NCBI GenBank assembly: GCA_963678065.2
Contig: CAXXVZ010000003.1
Coordinates: forward strand, 1,920,001-1,984,000
From: Treponemataceae bacterium
GTDB taxonomy: Bacteria > Spirochaetota > Spirochaetia > Treponematales > Rectinemataceae
DNA: 64,000 nucleotides
Direction of reading: 5' to 3'
Each line of letters starts with the position of its first letter. The stretch's first letter is position 1. The notes below the pieces were generated by a model. That model had not been told where the DNA came from. It did not search any database and worked only from the letters and a program-made list of their open reading frames with translations. The position numbers and the translations under genes were made by a program. Of the stretch, positions 59,795 to 64,000 are shown one piece after another.

Positions 59795-59906
59795 TATTTT
59801 ATGCGGACACGCATCGTTTTCCGCAATTTCCAGGCATTGCTGAAGGTCCTGTCTTTCCCTGGATTGCCGGATCGCCACAACTTTGTCATACTTATGTCCG
59901 ACCGCC

Positions 59907-60929
59907 ATGAAAAGCCTCGATCGAACCCTCGGCATCCTCCTTCTCCTCCGCAGCGGGCGCGCGGTCTCCGCAGCCGAACTCGCTGCGCGCTTCGAAGTGA
60001 CCTCAAGGACGATCTACCGGGATATAGAGACATTGAGCTCTCTTGGGGTGCCTGTCGCCGCTGAGATGGGAAGAAAAGGCGGCTTCAGGCTCCACGACGG
60101 CTACTTCCTTCCCCCCGTCACCCTCGGCACGGAGGAGGCTGTCTCCCTCCTCCTCGGCCTCGTGCTCATGCGCCGGCTGAGAGTCATGCCCTTTCCCGCG
60201 GAAGCCGACTTCGCGGAGCGGAAACTCCTCGCGGCCCTTCCTGCCGAAACCAGGGCGACCATGGAGCGGGCTTCCCGATTCATCGGCTTCGAGCGTGTGC
60301 CGGCCGATCTCCTCCACCCCGAGTATGACGATCCCCTGGAGCTCCCCGAGTCGGCGAGCAGGAAGGAAGGGGTATTCGTGGGGCGATTCCTCAAAGCTCT
60401 CCTCTCCCGCGCGCGCGTCACCCTGACCTATCACTCTCCCTACCGCGAGCGGGAAGAACCTCGGGAGCTGGAGCCCCGCTGCCTGCTCTGGGACAGGGAC
60501 CGCTGGTACCTCGTCGGCGCTCCACCGACCAGTCCGGACGAATATCGCATGTTCAGGGCCGACAGGGTCCTCGAACTCGGTCCCGGCCGCTCGATGTCTC
60601 CTGTCCATTCGGCATTCGACGCCGACAGGATACTCGAGCGCAAATGGCTCAGGAAAGCGATGGACAGGTGGCGGACGGAATCGCCAGTGCGGATCGCCCT
60701 GCGGCCCGAGCAGGCCGAGCGCCTGAAACGCGACTGGTACTACGGGAACGCCCTTTTCGAGGCGGACGGGAAGGGAAGAATAGTGATGACCTATGGAGAG
60801 TCGTCGCCAGAAAACGCAGCGGAACTCGTGCGCTGGCTCGGCCCCGGAGCGGAGCTCCTCGAGCCGAAAGAATGGAGAAATCTCGTCGCTGCATCCCTCC
60901 TGGAACTTTTCAGGGCGCATGAAAATTGA
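59907..60929 (+). CDS. YafY-like HTH_11 + WYL-domain transcriptional regulator
   Basis: ELAARFEVTSRTIYRDIETL; RWYLVG; RMFRADRV; C-terminal WCX-like LLEPKEWR. Confidence 0.93.
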   Translation: MKSLDRTLGILLLLRSGRAVSAAELAARFEVTSRTIYRDIETLSSLGVPVAAEMGRKGGFRLHDGYFLPPVTLGTEEAVSLLLGLVLMRRLRVMPFPAEADFAERKLLAALPAETRATMERASRFIGFERVPADLLHPEYDDPLELPESASRKEGVFVGRFLKALLSRARVTLTYHSPYREREEPRELEPRCLLWDRDRWYLVGAPPTSPDEYRMFRADRVLELGPGRSMSPVHSAFDADRILERKWLRKAMDRWRTESPVRIALRPEQAERLKRDWYYGNALFEADGKGRIVMTYGESSPENAAELVRWLGPGAELLEPKEWRNLVAASLLELFRAHEN

Positions 60930-60993
60930 TTCAACTTCATAGTGCGGGCGGCCACTGATACAATGTCCGCTTTTCCCTCAAGACGTAAAAGAG

Positions 60994-61335
60994 ATGGCAA
61001 GAGAAGTCAACGGGATGCCGAAACTGGTCGCTTCACGAACCCTGAAAAACCTCTCGTGGGAGAATTCCCACCTGCTGAAAGGCGATCTCGTCCAAGAGGT
61101 AAGGCGGCTCAAACAAGAACGTGGTTCCGGCCTCCTCGTGCTGGACAGCGGCACGATTGTCCAGCAGCTTACCGAAGTCGGCCTCTTGGACGATTACGTG
61201 TTCATCCTGACGCCAACGATTCTGGGAAAGGGCAGAGCCCAGTTCAACCAGGAGAAAAAGGTCGACCTTGAACTTGTCGAATCGCGCGCTTTTGCTTCCG
61301 GCAACATCGTGCTGCACTACAAATTCGTGAAATGA
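60994..61335 (+). pseudogene. N-terminally truncated dihydrofolate reductase/RibD-C family protein
   Basis: MPKLVASRTL...WENSHLL...GLLDDY...PTILGKG...SGNIVLHY is only the C-terminal part of the fold. Confidence 0.65.
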
Positions 61336-61411
61336 TGCCTTGAGCCGCCGATCGCGCGTCATCCTGGCCGTCACTCTTCTCGCTACGCCGTTTCTTCAAG
61401 CGCAAGAGAGC

Positions 61412-61792
61412 TCAACTGCAGGCCGATGACGGCCATTTCCGTCCCCATTGCAGAATGGCGCTCACGACCTCCTGCAAATCACGTCCGGCTTCCGTCAGCT
61501 CATACTCCACCCTGACCGGCGAACCTTCCATCACACGGCGCAGGGCCAGCCCTCGTCCTTCGAGCTCCCTCAATCGCTGTGTCAGAAGCCGATCGGAAAG
61601 ACCAGGGATTGAGCCAAGGAGTTCGTTGAAGCGCCTCGGTCCAGGCATCAGCATATAGAGAATCGCCCCCATCCAGCGGCGACCGATAAACTCGATGGCC
61701 TCATGATATTCCCGGCAGAGAAGCTTATCCGCGTCTGGTTGGCTTTGTCCGAAAAGCGAAACCATGCCATCCCTTTGTGTTTGATTATCCAT
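61412..61792 (-). CDS. HxlR-family winged-helix regulator
   Basis: IGRRW, RRFNEL, LTQRLRELE, PVRVEYELT; N-terminal Cys. Confidence 0.93.
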   Translation of the reverse strand: MDNQTQRDGMVSLFGQSQPDADKLLCREYHEAIEFIGRRWMGAILYMLMPGPRRFNELLGSIPGLSDRLLTQRLRELEGRGLALRRVMEGSPVRVEYELTEAGRDLQEVVSAILQWGRKWPSSACS

Positions 61793-61936
61793 ACAATTCT
61801 CTCCTCCATAATCAGTTATTTTTTTTCGGTCGTCTGACGCCTGCCAGATTACCCAGCCCAGGAATGATCTGGAGCAATTTTATCTTGGTTCGGCAATATT
61901 TTATAGCCGGGCTGCTTGACAAATGAGCGTATACTT

Positions 61937-61959
61937 ATAGTATGTAGCCTACATACTAT
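61937..61959. promoter_or_regulatory. Perfect 11-bp inverted repeat, candidate HxlR operator
   Basis: ATAGTATGTAG-C-CTACATACTAT between divergent hxlR-like and SDR genes. Confidence 0.6.
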
Positions 61960-61993
61960 TTATAGCCATACAATCATCCCCAGGAGGTCTCTC

Positions 61994-62596
61994 ATGAAAA
62001 TCGTGGTCATCGGTGCGACAGGAACTATCGGCCGGGCTGCAGCTGATGCCTTCTCCAAACGGGAACATGAGGTCATACGCACGTCGCGAGGTTCGGATCC
62101 ACACGTAGACATCGACGACCCCGCGACGCTTCAGATGCTCTTCGAGCGGGTTAAGGACATCGATGCGGTAGTCTCATGCGCCGGGCACGGCAAATGGAAT
62201 CCGCTTGCGGCGCTTACAGACAATGACCTGGCGATCTCGATTCAGAATAAGCTGATGGGGCAGGTGAACCTGATCCGCATTGCAATGAATCGAGTGAAGG
62301 ATGGCGGGTCGATCACGGTGACAAGCGGCATGTTGGCGACCCGGCCGATGCCGGGAAGCGCCGCGATATCTCTCGCCAATGGAGGTCTCGATGGTTTTGT
62401 TCGCGCCGCGGCCCTCGAGATGCCGCGCGGCGTGCGGGTAAATGTCGTTAGTCCACACTGGGTGACGGAAACTCTCCGCTCACTGAAGATGGACGAGTCG
62501 CGCGGACTTGCCGCCACAGATGTAGCGAAAGCATATGTTGCAGCAGTCGAAGGGACGATGAACGGCGAGGTGCTGGAACCGGCCACGTTCGTCTGA
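61994..62596 (+). CDS. Short-chain dehydrogenase
   Basis: IGATGTIG, NKLMGQVNL, RVNVVSP; SD CAGGAGG. Confidence 0.92.
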   Translation: MKIVVIGATGTIGRAAADAFSKREHEVIRTSRGSDPHVDIDDPATLQMLFERVKDIDAVVSCAGHGKWNPLAALTDNDLAISIQNKLMGQVNLIRIAMNRVKDGGSITVTSGMLATRPMPGSAAISLANGGLDGFVRAAALEMPRGVRVNVVSPHWVTETLRSLKMDESRGLAATDVAKAYVAAVEGTMNGEVLEPATFV

Positions 62597-62635
62597 TGGA
62601 ACGATGCGGAAGCGGTTTTCAGGCCTGAACAAATA

Positions 62636-63106
62636 CTACTGTATCTTTTCCCACGAGAAGTTCAGTTTCCAGAAGGAAGAGGCCTTCCCCTGATTTTCGA
62701 AAGAGATGACCTTGATCAGGTAGAGACTTTGGCCATCTGCGCCCTGTACGACATACATGCCGGGCGATGGAGCGTTAACGTAGCTTTTCCATCCCGCAAC
62801 CGTTTCCGGACTCAAGTCTCTGGCTCCAGGGGTTTCAGTTCCGAATTCTTTTATCTTTGCGCCCCCAAGCGCACCGAGCGCGAAAGAATACGCTCCCTGG
62901 CGGCCCTGGTTCACGAAAAAAGAAAGATCAGCCTGTTTGTCGCCGTTTATCGTCACGGTCTGGTCAGAAAACTTGAAGCCCTGATACACCTTCAGCGTAA
63001 CTACAGTGGCGGCGGAAGCGGAGGCCGCGAAAATGCTCATGGCCGCCAGCAGCATGATGAACAGTGCATGTTTGGGACGACAGCGATTCACTATTGGCTT
63101 TTTCAC
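62636..63106 (-). CDS. Secreted hypothetical protein
   Basis: Signal peptide ending ASA; beta-rich mature part; SD AAGGA before GTG. Confidence 0.7.
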   Translation of the reverse strand: MKKPIVNRCRPKHALFIMLLAAMSIFAASASAATVVTLKVYQGFKFSDQTVTINGDKQADLSFFVNQGRQGAYSFALGALGGAKIKEFGTETPGARDLSPETVAGWKSYVNAPSPGMYVVQGADGQSLYLIKVISFENQGKASSFWKLNFSWEKIQ

Positions 63107-63424
63107 GAATTATTCCTTATGGGGTATCCGGAATGTTTGTACCATGAATCGACAGAGGGAAACAGGTGCGTTCTGACAAAAAAGGGAGTATAGATCGATG
63201 CGCGGCACGAAGGGCCGTGACGCCGATGCCTTGTCCCCCCTCCACGAGACCGTTATAGTTCTACGTCGTGACAGGATCCGACGAACTCCACCTCCGTGAA
63301 CATCGAGTTTTTCGACATTCTCTTCCCAGGCTGTACAGACTGTGCTGCGCCCCCTGCCTGTCCGGGAATCGGCGTCGATCGGCCGTAGAAACAAAGCGGC
63401 ATTCAGATGGAGGCGAAGTTCAGC

Positions 63425-64000
63425 ATGGCACCAGAATCGATGGAACCGCACCGGCGGCGCCCGCGCTATAGGGGAACGCATCCGCGTTCATTCGCAGAAA
63501 AATACAAGGAGCTGAATCCGGAACTCTATCCGGAGGATGTAGAAAAGGTTCTCGCGCGCGGAGACACGCCGGCGGGGAGTCACCGCAGCATCTTTCTGCG
63601 GGAAGTCCTTGAAGTTCTGGCGCCAAAACCGACAGAGATCGCGATCGATGCGACTCTGGGGCATGGAGGCCATGCCATGGAGATTCTGCGGGCGATCCAG
63701 CCCGAGGGTAAACTCTATGGCCTCGACAGGGATCCTCTTGAGATTTCAAGAACGGAGGCGAGGTTGCGCGCGTCGGGCTTTCCCGAAAGCGTCCTTTCCG
63801 TCCGGCAGATGAATTTCGCCGAACTGCCCGATCTTCTCGCGAACGAGAAACTGTCCGGCGTGGATATGATTCTCGCCGACCTCGGTGTCTCTTCGATGCA
63901 AATCGACAATCCGGACCGCGGCTTTACCTTCAAGCGCGAAGGCCCTCTCGACATGCGCATGGACCCGACTCGCGGCCCAAGCGCGGCGGATCTTCTGCTC
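63425..64000 (+). CDS. rsmH: 16S rRNA m4C1402 methyltransferase RsmH (partial, runs off the window)
   Basis: Translated by hand: ...DATLGHGGHA...GLDRDP...MNFAEL...DLGVSSMQIDNPDRGFTFKREGPLDMRMD. Confidence 0.9.
   Translation, partial: MAPESMEPHRRRPRYRGTHPRSFAEKYKELNPELYPEDVEKVLARGDTPAGSHRSIFLREVLEVLAPKPTEIAIDATLGHGGHAMEILRAIQPEGKLYGLDRDPLEISRTEARLRASGFPESVLSVRQMNFAELPDLLANEKLSGVDMILADLGVSSMQIDNPDRGFTFKREGPLDMRMDPTRGPSAADLLL

Noticed and set aside
63107..63424. Possible ncRNA or riboswitch in the intergenic region
   Set aside because: No recognisable conserved motif or convincing structure by eye; a covariance-model search would be needed.

Overview
Bacterial chromosomal window that is mostly GC-rich with AT-richer inserts. 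The signal-peptide style of the solute-binding proteins (...LFAQG/AVGNS) and the integrase remnants suggest a Spirochaetota-like anaerobe (inference). Contents in order: (1) a 64-aa membrane-protein gene enclosed by a long-range inverted repeat; (2) an OmpR/CusRS-like two-component pair; (3) an 8.46-kb carbohydrate-uptake cassette (YesN-like RR, GH-like protein, Lpl-type ABC, YesM-like HK) bounded by a perfect 52-bp direct repeat that carries a promoter; (4) a 256-aa stand-alone [FeFe]-hydrogenase H-domain-like gene convergent with hypB-hypA, followed by ankyrin, GGDEF and V4R genes; (5) tRNA-Ala(CGC) with tandem decayed integrative islets carrying an AAA+/DUF4143-type gene under a perfect 20-bp palindrome; (6) a nucleoside ABC/hydrolase/oxidoreductase operon with a BTAD-MalT fusion regulator; (7) a sugar ABC-PfkB-GH65 cluster; (8) an ABC-2 exporter with a NarL-type TCS; (9) an AT-richer DeoR/FGGY/Rbs-like sugar cluster; (10) MocR, WYL and HxlR regulons; (11) the 5' part of rsmH. 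At least six genes appear leaderless (TAnnnT exactly 6 nt before the start codon). No CRISPR array, rRNA or intact transposase/integrase was seen. All protein calls come from motif recognition by eye; no database search was run.
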